From positions 434,001 to 498,000 of the forward strand of contig JBEWZL010000003.1 in assembly GCA_045837725.1 (NCBI GenBank): DNA of 64,000 bases, given 5' to 3'. Position numbers and translations under genes: made by a program. Shown here one piece after another: positions 13,384-26,607 of this stretch (its first letter is position 1; each line of letters opens with the position of its first letter). Under the pieces are notes generated by a model that did no database searches, was not told the DNA's origin, and saw only the letters and a list, made by a program, of their open reading frames with translations. Source of the stretch: Vermamoeba vermiformis. Lineage: Eukaryota.

Positions 13384-16225
13384 TTACATCTCACGGCGTT
13401 TGTAAAACAAAATGTAGGCTGCAGGTGATACAACTGCAGAAGTAACATCTTCAGTAATTGGCTGTACACTGTCATCATCATAATGGTACCACTGGCCAAG
13501 CTCTGAATGATACGCCATTGCAGTGTAATGTCCACCGCCCATGCCACCATAGTGGTTCTGCGTGATCATTAGTAGCTATTCACATGAAACCACAGCAGAC
13601 TTACCGCGACAGCAAACAGATCATAGATGGGCGGCACCCTCTGCTCAGTAGCCTCAGCATTCAGCTGCAGCACACTGTGGTCCTGCACATATCCTGACAG
13701 GTCCAGGCCACGCAGCGGGAAGTCAATGGCATCGTCCAGTTTGCTGCGCCACATGCCACTGAATGCAAAGCGCTTCAAGTGCACGACAAGTACTTGTGGT
13801 GCCTGCCACAGCTCCATCTTCTTGCTCGCTGTCAAGCGTGTCAGTCTGTGACCCCCATCGATAGCTGCAAATGACACGTACCTGGTTTGAAATCTTTGCA
13901 GGTTGGACAACGCCACAAATTGTCATTGGAGAGCTGCTCTTCGGTGGTGAACAAGTTGAGACAGTCGTACAGCGAGGCACGTGACTTGCTCTCTTCGCCG
14001 ACCACCACCTCTGCGAAGGGCTAAAAATAGCGTCAGTAAACTAGTTTTCAGTGAACACGTGACGCACCTTGACGGCAAAGACTTTGCTGTTGTACAATCT
14101 CAGATCGAGATCTACGGCCAGATACACCTCGGGGGTGAGTGGTACAGCACGTGACGAGTGCCAGTCACGTGACAGCTCTGTGGTGCGACCAGTGCTCGTA
14201 TCAACCAGGGCCACATCTAAATTTAGCTGCGTGGTGCTGGACAGTGCCAACAACGCGCGCAGTTTGAGCTCGCAGATCGCAACGAGCTCCTTGTAGCTAT
14301 ATTTAGCGCGCGGCAGTACCACGAGCACTGGGAACAATACAGGGCGGTACTCCCATTGCCACTCACTGGAAGCACGTGCCTCGGCTGAAAACAGACTCAG
14401 ACTCTGATATTTGAATGGTTTCAGCACGCGATAGACTATTTGCACCGTCACGTGATTGACAGGTGTCAAAGTGGGATCTGGCTGACTGCTGAGAACGTAA
14501 TTGCTATTTTTGGCAGTATTCGCCAGAGGTGTTAGACCAACAGGCATGCCAGCCATATCCATTGCGGGCATCTGAATGACAGGTGTCAAAGTGGCAGGTG
14601 TCACGTGATATATGTAGATGTCATCCTCAGTGTTGAGCAGACGCGTCACTGGCTCATCATTAGCTAGCACACGTGTGATCAGTTGAGTGCGAGGATTGAC
14701 ACGTGTCACTGTCAGTTGATGAACTGTCACGTGGTCCAGTGTCAAAGTGTCAATCACGCGTTGTTTCAGATCGGCGATTTTCATCGACTGAGCGGCAAGG
14801 CTTTTGAAAGTGACACGTGTCAAACGTACCCCCGCATCCGTGAACACAATGACACGTGTCATCAAGTGAGCAGCACGTGTGCGCGGCAGGGGCAGTGAGA
14901 GGTACATGAAGGGATCAAAGGTCAGCGACACCGTGCTGCACGCGGGGCACGTGACAGTCGAGCAGAACAGGCCCTGGAACAGCTCTACCAGGGCTGAATT
15001 GTTCCGCATCACGTGACGCATCCACGCCTCCCGTGCCCCACGCGCGAGTTGAGTGGCGTGCGGCAACTGTCCCGCGCTGTAGACGAGATCCGCGACGGCG
15101 TGATAGGGCTTGTCGCGCACCCGATTGACGTCCTCGTGCAGCGCGTCCAACAGATAGGCGAGCAGTTCTTGCGCGTCGTGTTGGTTGTAGCCGCGGAACT
15201 GCGTCGCGTGCTCTTGAATCGTCCATTTGATGCCACGCGGCAGCACCGCGCGCACGTGACTGGCATCGTGCCACAACTGCGCCATGAGAGTGCTGCACAA
15301 TCACGTGTCAAAAAGAATTCGCTGCGTGTCATGCACTCACCTGTACTCGTGTGCCAGCTTGCCACCGACCCCCAAGGGATTGCGCGTGTTCACGTCATCG
15401 CGGAATTTCCCAGTTAGGAAATACTCGCGCAATGAGGTCACGTGACTGAGACACTGCAGCGCTGAATTCATGAAACAAGTGTTGCCCATATTAGTCAATC
15501 CCACACAACCTGCGCGAGTGACAGTCATCGTGTCATTGCTCGCACTCTGATCACGTGACAATTGTTCCGCCGTGTCAATCAAGATCTGCTGTCCATCCTC
15601 CAGCTGTGCCTCGTACAGCGTGCAGTCGAGCTGATCGAGCTGTTCCTGCCGCGTGCCACCAAGATAGTTCCAATAATAGACATCGCTAGGTGCTATTTTT
15701 AGCTCGCTATTCACGCGTTGTTGCATGGCGCGAATGGTGTCGGCCTTGCTGAATGCAGCGCGGTGATGCTGCTGCCGATAGATAAATGTGAGCGTGAGGG
15801 GATAGAGCTCCACCACTGCTTGCTGCACTGCGCGGCCAATTGAGATCACGTGACGCTTCACTTCGGGACCTCCACCAAATCTAACGAAGAGTGAGTGTGA
15901 CTCGCAGAGAGGGGTGTAGTTACCGATCGAGTATTAATTTCCAGCCATATTCTGTAATCAGTTCGTAGTCGTGGTGCTCTTGCAAGCGTGGTTTGAGTGT
16001 CTCAGATCCGTCTTCAGATTCAGAAAACAACACTGTGTTGTCTACACGGCCGAGCTCATTGCTTGGATTGGTAGCAATATCGTCGCTATTATTATTGCTG
16101 ATTATGCCACGCAAACGATTCCACCACTGCGCTGAGACGAGATAGCGAAATGAACCAGATTCGAGTGGCACTTGAGCTTGCGTGATTATCTGCTGCAACA
16201 CTGCACTAGTATCAGCCTCTGTCAT
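13384..16225 (-). CDS. Ubiquitin-specific protease, USP4/11/15 type (DUSP-UBL-USP)
   Basis: DUSP motif YLVSAQWW, Cys box [36 protein letters not shown], His box [18 protein letters not shown]. Confidence 0.92.
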
Positions 16226-16394
16226 ATATGCAGGATTATATCAATCGCAGTCCTATTTCTGTGCGCGAGGTGTTGTGGTTGCGAATCTGCAAGCAATTAA
16301 ACACAAAACAAGAAGCAGCACCAGGATCCAATTTACATCAAAACAATTTATTCGCAAATACATAACTCGCTCTTCGGAGCGAACAAAAAAAAAT

Positions 16395-18111
16395 TTAAAG
16401 CTTCTTGTAAGAGATCAAAGGCTTCACAGGCGAGACAATCATGGTCGTGTAGTCGGGCTCAGGCATCTTGCCAGAGACCAAGTTGATGTCGTAGTGGCGC
16501 AACAAGTAGAACCACACGGTCTTAATTTGCACGTTAGCGAACTGCTCACCGATGCAGGCGTGACGACCAGCACTGAAGGCGAGGTAGCTGTACTGCTTGG
16601 CCTTGTCTTCCTTGCGCTCGAATCGCTCGGGATCGAAGCTCTCAGGATTGGCCCAAATATCGTCGAGACGGTGCGCGACAGTGGGCGAGACAGCAATCAG
16701 CGTGCCCTTGGGTACGGTGTAGTCCTTGTAGTGGAAGTCCACTTCAGCGTAGCGCTGCACGATGACAATAGGGGGATTGAGACGCAGCGTTTCTTTGAGA
16801 CAGTTGTTCAAGTAGGTCATGTTCTTGAGGGCATTGAAGTCGAGCTCGGCACCCTGGGGCACCACGCTGTTCATCTCTGCCAACACGCGCTCCTTCACGC
16901 CAGGCTGCGTCATAATGTACGAGCCCAACCAAGCGGAGGTGACGTTGCTAGTGTGCTGACCAGCGAGCATGAGTGCGACACAGAGGCCTGCAATCTCGTC
17001 GTGCGTCAACTTGCGACCGTCAGTGTAGCTGCTGTCCATGAACACTTGCAGCATGTCTTCACCGCGTGTGCCAGTGCTCTCGCGCTGCTTGATGATGTTC
17101 TGGAAGATCTTCACAATCTCTTTGCGCGCCTTGTCACGACGCAAGTTGACGGGCAAGGGCCAGTAAGGGAAGAAGTACGACACGGCAGAGAGGGCGCGAT
17201 CCAAGTCACCCATCAAGCGCGAGAAAGGTCCAGCTTCGAGCGCGGAACGAATCTCGTCACCTTGCAAGCAGCGCGCAGCAGTATTGACGAGCAGTTCGTT
17301 GAAGAAGTCCATCATGTCGGTTTGACCAGATCCGCTCTTCCACGCCTCCTTGACGTACATTTCTGATTCTTCGAGGATGAGAGAGACGTACTTCTCGAAT
17401 CTCTTCTTAGTCAAACCACCGCTGATGAAGCGGCGTTGTTGTTGGAAGGAGTCGTGATCCGAGTCGTAAACAATGTTCTTGCCAAACACGGGGATGGTGA
17501 AGGTGTAGGCCTTGCGGGCACAGAGCTCTTCTTCAGGAGTCTCAAAGAACTTCTTTTGAGCATCAGGACCCACCATCATAGTCATTGTTTGACCAGCAAC
17601 GCGCAGTTGGAAGATCTCACCAAATCTCTTGTAACCGTTGAGGAAGAGCTTAGCAGGATTGACACCGTACTCGATAGCGCTACCAAGGTAGGGAATCTTG
17701 TAAGGGTACATAGGGGGAAGTTTGCCTTTAGTGCGAGGCTTAAGAATCTATTTTCAAGCAAGCCATTAGTATTCAGATCTTTGTTCATGAACGACCAGCT
17801 AGTTCGATCTAAAAGGATTAACCGATTGTTGTGCAAAACCAATATTGCGACAATTAATAAATTACGTAATTGATTGCTCGTTCTTTGGCCAGAAATAATC
17901 GCCGCAGATAATTCAAAATAATTCTAGATCTACAAACGATCGAAAAAAATGCTGTTACGATCGAGTCGCAAACACGTACCTGGTATAACACAAAGATAGT
18001 AACAAGAGCTGTAACACCCACGGCAACGAGATTGAACTCCAAAGGCTCGGCTGACTTGAGGTAGACGGCCTTTAATTGCTGAGTGACCTGCTCGACAATA
18101 GATGTGGCCAT
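16395..18111 (-). CDS. CYP51: Sterol 14-alpha-demethylase (cytochrome P450 51)
   Basis: N-terminal membrane-anchor exon (ATG 18111), AYTFTIPVFGKNIVYD, AGQHTS, KETLR, heme motif FSAGRHACIG. Confidence 0.95.
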
Positions 18112-18526
18112 GTTGGGCAGAGTCTATAGTAGAGACTGGTGGTATTCTCCTGCAGATAGTGAAACAATTAGCGCCATTTTTTCGGGCCTCGGGTTTGTCG
18201 TTGATTTCGAGTCTCGCGGCACAGATTGGTGATATCACCAGCACGCAATAAATATCTTTGGTGAGACTCACGAAAATAGTTTCTTACGGCCCGTAGGAAC
18301 TCGCAGCTCCGTTCACTGAACCTCGCCCTCCAAGACATTGCAAGTGTTCGCGGTGATTGTTGCGATTTTCTGACGTCATCGCGATTGCTGCCGTTCTATA
18401 ACCGCGTCATGTGCGCAGGTGATTGCAGTACAATGTCAGAGGGCCAGAAAATACGACAGATCGCGTGGGTCAAAAACTGTACATGATTTTATTGAATGGA
18501 AACAGAAAATTTTTCTTGCCTTTGTT

Positions 18527-18829
18527 CTAAGGCATAGCACCTCCAAGCTGCGTATAAAAACAATCAATTTAAGTTGGTGTGATTATTATTATTATTTAAT
18601 TATTTACCTGAATAATTTCCAGAGCCTCTTTAGGCAATGAAGGGCGCTTGAATAATGAAGTCACAGTGCTTGATACTACGTTATTACTGCTCGTAGTGCT
18701 CGTAGCATTGGTGCTTGGTGCACTCGGTGCAGGGGCAGCTGGATGTTCTGCAGTCAATTTACCGCGGAATTTAATCAGAGGAATGTGAGGCTTGAGCTTG
18801 AGTACTGCGCGCACTGCTTGTGAGGCCAT
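18527..18829 (-). CDS. KGD4: 2-oxoglutarate dehydrogenase adaptor KGD4/MRPS36-like small mitochondrial protein
   Basis: HIPLIKFRG, a low-complexity linker, then FKRPSLPKEALEIIQ|LGGAMP* across one intron. Confidence 0.8.
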
Positions 18830-18981
18830 AGTGTTATAGTGAATATGACTGACCTAGTTGTGTGTTTGTTTTAGGCTCGATGGACTATTGTGCGTGACAG
18901 CCTGCTGAGTTTATTTTCATTCACAAGTGCAGCAGGAGTGAGAGGGCTGACTATATCGGTATTACTATATCACGTATATAT

Positions 18982-21301
18982 ATGCTACTAGCAGCACTGC
19001 GCACTTCACTGACTCGCATTGTAACACCTCGATTGTTTTGCAGTTCTGATCCACGATCGCACTCGCTATTCAGCACTACACGACGCAACACACATCATAA
19101 CCGATTTTATAATATGAGTAATATTAACAATACGAATACACCTGATTCTGCATCAACTGCCTTGAAACGAAGCGCATCTGTCCTCGACGAAGATAACGCA
19201 CCAGCCAATAAAAAGCAGAAATTGAGCGATGAGCACGACGAAGAAGAACTTGAAGTATATGAAGCGAATGATAATGAAGAGATTCCATCGGCCATCACCG
19301 AGGAAGATTTGGGCATTAAAATGTTCTTGCATCCAGCTACTGAAGGCTTCTCGGGCAAGATCAAGCAGCGCTACACCGACTTCTTAGTGAATGAAGTCGG
19401 TCTCGATGATCAAGTGGTCCATCTGACCGATCTGGACTCCTTGCCTGCTGAAGATCAGACTGTCGCTCCTGAGCCAGGTAAGATCTTTATAAGCAAATAT
19501 TTATATACACACCATTCATCTTTGAGCATTAGTTGATGAGGCAGTCAAGTTGCAACAACGCGAGACAGAGGTGCCTGAAGTGCTCGGATCTGACAATTAC
19601 CAACACGTACTGCGCTTCATGGAGTCCGATGAAGCGACACTGACCATACACAGCGCATTGGATCTCTCCGTCAAGACCAATCGCACGCGCGTACACGAAC
19701 TGGTGCGCAAGTACTTTGCGGATGTAGAGAGCGAGACCCACCACGAGCAAGGCACGTGGAGCATCAAGCTGATCAAGCGAAACAACAGCGGTGGTGGCAC
19801 TGATCGCAAGCCACGTGCCCAGACACGACTCAAATTCGAGTGGCCGAAGCACAAGCCCGCGTACTTGCAGTTCCACCTGTACAAGGAGAACAAGGACACG
19901 AATGAGGTGCTCAATCTGCTCTCCAAGCTCACAGGGTAGGTGTGCCATGTGTCGTGCTGCGCGTACTGATCAGCGTGCAGATTCAAGCCCAAGATGTGGA
20001 GTGTGGCGGGCACCAAAGACAAGCGCGGTGTCACGTGTCAACGCGTCACGGCGTGGAAGGTGCAAGCGACACGACTGCGCGCACTGAATCAGCGCTTGAT
20101 GGGCATCAAACTCGGCAACTTCCAGTACGTGCACAAGCAGCTGGAGCTCGGGGACTTGCACGGCAATCGCTTCACGGTGGTACTGCGCAACGTCACTGCG
20201 GCTGATCACGTGATTCACGATCGCTGTATCTCCCTGCGAGATCGCGGATTCATCAACTACTTTGGCACGCAACGATTCGGCACTGGTCAGATACCGACGC
20301 ACGTGATTGGCAAAGCAGTGCTGCGCGGCGACTACAAGCAGGTGATAGAACTCATCTTGAAGCCCAGACCTGGCGACAACGACGACATTGCAGCTGCGCG
20401 GAGATATTACGCCGAGTCGGGGGACATTGCTGGCACTTTGACACGACTGCCCATGCGTGGCAGTGGCATTGAGCGCAGTGTGTTGCAGGTACCGCTATTT
20501 GCAGCGTGTGCGTACATCCGTATATGTGTACTGACTCGTGACTAGGGACTGCAGCGCATGGGAGCCAGCAACTACAAGAGTGCCTTCGAACAGCTGACCA
20601 AGAACATGCGCCTCTTGTACGTGCACGCCTATCAGAGCTGGCTGTGGAACACGCTCGTCTCTGAACGATTGCAGCTGTTCGGCACTGCGGTCGTGGTGGG
20701 AGATCTCGTGCTCAACGAATCACGTGACGGTGATGACGTCACCGCCGATCAGCAGCAGTCACGTGTGCGCGTGATTGGCAGCGAAGATGAAGCACGTGCT
20801 CACTCCATCGAGGACGTCGTGCTGCCTCTACCAGGGTTCGCAGTGAAGTATCCGAGTCACGTGATTGGTGCGCGGTACCGTGAGCTGATGAGTATCGATC
20901 ACGTGGACCTCACCACGCGCGAGGGCAGTCGCGACTACATCTTGCCGGGCAGTTACAGAAAACTGGTGATCAGACCGCGCGATGTCACCTGGCAACTGCT
21001 GCACTACGACACTCTGACCACACCTCTGACCACCACTGACCTCGAACGGTTGCAGCGTGCCTCGAACAGCGCCGCGTCTGAGCAGAGTGCTGCCGACTCC
21101 ACGAGCGGTCAGTACAAAGCACTGCGCTTAGAGTTCACCTTGCCCTCCTCGTGCTACGCGACCATGTGTCTGCGCGAACTCACCAAGCAGAGCACGACGA
21201 TTGAGTTCCAGAAGAGCTTGCCCAATGCCACCGTACACAGCTCTGGATCGAACACTAACACCAACAGCGGAACTGATGCTGCAGCGAATACCAACAACTG
21301 A
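18982..21301 (+). CDS. PUS7: Pseudouridine synthase PUS7 (TruD family)
   Basis: GFSGKIKQRYTDFLVNEV, catalytic AGTKDKRGVT, GFINYFGTQRFG, LYVHAYQS, LPGSYRK, FTLPSSCYATMCLRE. Confidence 0.95.
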
Positions 21302-21369
21302 TGATGTACATAATAAAGATAATGTAACTTCCTTCGTTATTATCCTCTCTTCCAGTCCTGGTTTTATGA

Positions 21370-21385
21370 AATTTCCCGGGAAATT
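21370..21385. promoter_or_regulatory. Perfect 16-bp palindrome AATTTCCCGGGAAATT upstream of beta-COP
   Basis: Exact dyad 75 bp upstream of ATG 21460. Contains TTC-N4-GAA (STAT-like). Function unproven. Confidence 0.35.
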
Positions 21386-21459
21386 CACGAGGGGGCGTGG
21401 ATCTGACGTCTGCGTGTATTTTTTTTATTATTCTAGAACAGCCACACAACACATCCACT

Positions 21460-24400
21460 ATGGCTGATAAACCCTGTACACTGCTGGTCCACAGCATTGG
21501 CTTGGAACCACCTCAAATCCAGCAGCTCAAGAACCAGTTTGAGAACGGCACCGACCAAGAGAAGATCGAGACGCTGAAGAAGGTGATCTTATTAGTGCTG
21601 AATGGCGAGTCATTGCCGCAGCTAATTATGCACGTTATTCGCTTTGTCATGCCCACCAAGAACCACACCATCAAGAAACTGCTGCTTATTTATTGGGAGA
21701 TTGTCAACAAAAAATCAGCTGCTGGCAAACTATTGCACGAGATGATTTTGGTGTGGTATGTAGCTCAATACAATGGAATTATTTGCTAAATTGTTAAGGA
21801 TAATTATGGAATATAATTTTGCATTTTTTTTGAAATTTTTTCTTGCGGCATTGAATGGCAGTACTGCTGTTACTAGCGTGAAATATGAGCATTATATGAC
21901 TACTATGACGATGCTTATTGCTTCCATTCACTAGCAACGGATTGATGCAAGATCTGCAACATCCCAATGAGTACATCCGAGGCTCCACACTGCGATTCTT
22001 ATGCAAGCTGAAAGAAGCAGAATTATTAGAGCCACTCATTCCTGCCATCCGACAGAACCTCGAGCACCGCCACAGCTACGTGCGACGCAATGCAGTGCTG
22101 GCAGTCTACTCCATCTACAAAGATTTCCCGCAGCTGCTCAGGTACGTACTCCATGCTACCACGCATACATGCGGAGTATATATTAACACTGCGCAGCGAT
22201 GCACCAGACCTCATCTACGAGTTCTTGAACAGCGAAGGCGATCCCTCCTGCAAGCGCAATGCCTTCATCATGCTGTTCAACTGCGCGCAGGACCGTGCCA
22301 TCAAGTACCTCAATGCCGTGCTCGATGAGGTCGCAGGCTTCGGTGAGATCTTGCAGCTGATTGTGATTGAAGTCATCAAGAAGGTGTGGCGCCAAGACAC
22401 GGTCAGCGGCAGTCAACGCGTGCGCTACATGAAGGCGCTGTTCACGCTGCTCGCGAGTGGTGGCCGCGATCAGGGCAGTGGTGCCGTGCAGTACGAGAGT
22501 GCGCTGTGCTTGGTGCAGCTGTCCAGTGCCCCGACTGCCATTCACCAAGCCTCGCTGGCCCTGATCCGCTTGTTGTGCACGCAGAGCGACAACAACGTGA
22601 AGATGATCGTGCTGGATCGACTGACGGACATCAAGCTCAAGTACCGCAAGACACTGCAAGAGCTCGTGATGGACATTCTGCGCGCACTGTCCTCGCCCAA
22701 TCTCGAGATACGCAAGAAGACGCTGGAGATTGTGCTGGATCTGATCACCCCGCACAACATTGTCGAGGTGATGGGTGTGTTGAAGAAAGAGATCCACAAG
22801 ACACAGAGCAGCGAGGGCGAGGGACAGGCCACTGAGGACGCCGCGCACTACCGTCAACTGCTGATCCGTGCCGTGCATCAGTGTGCCATCAAGTTCCCCG
22901 AGGTGGCAGGTGAAGTGGTGCACATGTTGCTCGATCTGCTCACCACGGCAGACCCCAGCACCACCCAAGTCGTGGACTTTGTGCGTCAAGTCGTGGCCAG
23001 CTATCCACAACTGCGCGGCGTGCTCGTGCACAAGCTCACCACCGACACACTGCCGCACGTGATTGAGCCGCGCGTGTGTCGTGCCGTGCTGTGGATCATT
23101 GCTGAGTACGCACAGGAGCGCACAGAGCTGGCACTGGTGGCAGACACGCTGTGGTCGCTGATCGGTGAGCTGTGCGTGCAGTACGATCCCAGTGTCGCGC
23201 AACACGAGCACGTGACCGAGGACAGCGCGCAGTCTGCGGGCCCCAAGCTGGTCTCCAAGACACGCGTGCTCGCTGATGGCTCGTATGTCACCGAGACTGT
23301 CGTGGCCACTCGTCAAGTGAGTGCCAGCAACCCACGTGACTCGGTGCTGCGTCGCTTGGTGACCGGACAGGTCATTGAACAAGCGACATCCGCGCAGAAT
23401 GTCAAGTCGAGTGACACGGTGCTGGTCAGTGTGCTGGCAGTCACGTGGCTCAAACTCGTGGTGCGTGCTCGAGCACTCAACATGCCTGAATGGGGTCTCT
23501 ACCAATCACGTGCCATGCTGGTCATCACCTCTTTGATGCAGTTGCCTAATTTGGAATCAGACGACGAAGAGCGCTTGGCTCAAACTCTGACACTGCTGAC
23601 ACACAACGCCGAGTACGCGAGTGTGAGCGAGTTGTACAGCAGCAGTGTGTTCCGCACCAGCTACAGCCGATTGTTGGCCCTGATCGAGGCACAGCAGCGC
23701 GAAGAACAAGAGAAGTTCAAGTCGCGCGATGATCGTGCGAGTGTGACACAGCCTGATCAGCTGATCAAGTTCAGACAACTGCGTCCTCGTCGTGACATTG
23801 CATTTGACAACGAAGAAGATGAGGGTAAGTGACACGTGTCATTCACTGACTCGCACGAACATTGTTCACTAACGTTGTGCAGCGGATGAGTTGATGAAGG
23901 CAGCGGGACAAGTGGATCTCAATCGCGGCTTGAATCAAGGCCAGAGCACGAGTCAAGCGCGCACGATTCAACTCACGGGCTACAGCGATCCGATCTACGC
24001 CGAGTGTCAAGTGCACGTGCATCAGTACGACATTCGCTTGGAGGTGACGGTGATGAATCAGACCGCGGACACACTGCAAGCACTGGGCATAGAGCTGAGC
24101 ACACTCGGTGATCTCAAGCTCACTGAACGACCGCAGCAGTACAACATTGGTCCGCACGCGCAGATTGTCATCGCTGCCAATGTCAAAGTGTCCTCCACTG
24201 AGAACGGCATCATCTTCGGCTCCATTGTGTACGACATTGCTGGGGCCGTGCAATCAGAGCGCCGCAACTGCGTGGTGCTGAACGAGATCCACATCGATGT
24301 GATCGACTACATTGCGCCAGGCCAGTGTCAGGACAGCGAGTTCCGCACCATGTGGGCGGACTTTGAGTGGGAGAACAAGATTGCCGTCAACGCGGCCTTC

Positions 24401-24712
24401 AGGTACGTAGCGCACTGGAGAGTGCTGAGCGGTGACTGACACGTGTCAATCAGTGACCTGCAAGAGTTCTTGACGCATCTCATCAAGTCCACCAACATGC
24501 GGCCCCTCAACAGTCACGAACACATGCCCGATGACTGCGGCTTCCTCTCCGTCAATCTCTACGCGCGCAGTGTGTTCGGTGAGGACGCGCTGGCCAATGT
24601 GAGTGTGGAACAGATCGGCGAGAAGATTGTGGGCTTTGTGCGCATTCGCAGCAAGACGCAGGGCATTGCCATCTCCATCGGCGACAAGATCAGTCAGTCG
24701 CTCAAGAAGTGA
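21460..24712 (+). CDS. COPB1: Coatomer subunit beta
   Basis: [72 protein letters not shown]. Confidence 0.96.
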
Positions 24713-24843
24713 GGCGCTGTCGTGGCCTATTCAGCTCTGTAGAATAATAAAGTGCTGTGTACGCAATCACGTGTCAATTTATTGGCTATTTATAGACACA
24801 GCTCGCTACAAGTGCGCGAATGACACGTGTCAGTGCGTGTTCG

Positions 24844-25674
24844 TTATTGTGGCTGCGAGGTGTTCGGGGTGCCAGTGACGCTGTTCTGTGCCCCTTGCAT
24901 GCTTTGCAGTTGTTGCATTTGCAGCTGTTGCAGTTGTTGCGGCGACAAATAGAGCGGTGAATAGGGAGGCTGGATGTAGGCCAAATTACCGCCGGGATTT
25001 GCGTAGGTGGTGGGATAGTTCTGATAGCCGGGGATCATATAAGGATTGTAGCCTAAGGGCTGTTGTGTGGCATTGTATTGCGGCACGAAGGAATTGAACG
25101 GATTTGAGACTGCTTTGGGTTCATTTTCTGTCTTGCGGTACGCAGGGCCGACATTCATCTGCATGCGAGTTAAATTGTCAATATAAAGTTACATTACGAA
25201 GGAATAGCTATAGAGCTTGTAATTACCGTCTTGCCCAAGAAGTACAGATTTGGCTGCTTTTGAACCTGATCAGCGGTTGTACTATCAGAGAAGGTGACAA
25301 ATCCATATCTATACGAGAGCAAATTAATATAATGGCCGTAGAGAGCAGTAATATGGCTGAATTAATGCTCAGCTCAGCCAAAGTGTCAAGAACACCATGT
25401 CAGATTGCATCTTACCCTTTTGACTTTCCAGTGTTTCGATCATAGATAATTTTAACATTATCAACTTGTCCGAACGACTGGAAGAACCCTTTGAGGCTAT
25501 TCTCATCAGCCTAGCGAAATTTGAAGGACATAAGCATTATGAAAATTTTCGACTTTAGAAATCTGACTTGCCTTTGGAGGAATTCCACCAACAAATATGG
25601 TTCTAGTATCACCCTATAATAGTGTTTGTAATTAGCAATCTTGTCAGTCAAATTAATCAAGGCTTACGTACCAT
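24844..25674 (-). CDS. Single-RRM RNA-binding protein, DAZ/BOULE-like, with P/Q/Y-rich tail; 5 exons
   Basis: Exons 25674-25672, 25613-25572, 25510-25416, 25308-25227 and 25158-24844 translate to MGDTRTIFVGGIPPKADENSLKGFFQSFGQVDNVKIIYDRNTGKSKGYGFVTFSD...LGKTMNVGPAYRK... Confidence 0.85.
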
Positions 25675-25937
25675 TATGTAGTATATAATAAAATAAAAAC
25701 AAAAATGAAAAAGATAAATAAAAATAAAATCAAAAATAAACCAGGAACAGACCCCTGAGTAGTGTTTTGTTTTGTACAATGAGCGCGCGTCTAAAATGAT
25801 TTTGACACTCAAGATTTTGTGACAGACCGTGAAAAATTTGAGCCAGAAAAAAACTGGGTCCCTGAAATTGTGCTTTGCAGGGCATGTGCGTGTATTGATA
25901 TTGTTGCTAGGACCAGTGAACACAGTGCGTCATATTC

Positions 25938-26458
25938 ATGTCGTTGTTGCCTGAATACGTGGACAGTATCCTTTTTACAAGAATAATAATTATGTGCTAG
26001 CGGATCTGGTTGTAGCTTATTTTCTTTGACTAATTTGCGCAGAAACAGTGTCAGTAATTACAAATGACGGCCGAGTCATCGTGGTACGTATTAATGCAGT
26101 TAACATCAGTGTTCGCAGCAGCAAAGAAAATTCAAAAAATAATATCAGAAAAATTATTTAAAAACCTCTTCAACAGCTAGCAATCAAATACAATACAGTA
26201 GTATTGATACGCGATATGTACACGTCATAATAACTTGCACAGGGTAAATTGCGTGGATTCGATCAGTACATCAACTGCGTGCTCGAACAGTCAACAGAGC
26301 GCGTGTACACACAAGATGGGGTGCAGACAGTGCCACTAGGACTATATATAGTGCGCGGTGAGAATATTGCAGTTGTAGGCCTCATCGACGAAGAAATTGA
26401 CGAGTCGATCGACCTCGCTTCAGTGAAAGCAAATCCAGTGCCACCACTCATTGTGTAA
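25938..26458 (+). CDS. LSM8: U6 snRNA-associated Sm-like protein LSm8, 3 exons
   Basis: MSLLPEYVDKTVSVITNDGRVIVGKLRGFDQYINCVL...LGLYIVRGENIAVVGLIDEE. Exons 25938-25965, 26043-26083, 26243-26458. Confidence 0.93.
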
Positions 26459-26607
26459 TCACTCGTCGTGTAGCCGCAGACTATATAATACGCGCAGCAA
26501 CAGCCCTTGTAAATATTATAATAATACAGCTTTAATTATCTACAGTTCACGCAACAATGTACATCAAACAATTAATCCAAAAAAGGAAACACGGACCTAA
26601 CGATGAA

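Noticed and set aside
7668-16225. Functional clustering of WDR20 with the nearby USP
   Set aside because: WDR20 partners are USP12/46-type enzymes, whereas this USP is the DUSP-containing USP4/15 type.
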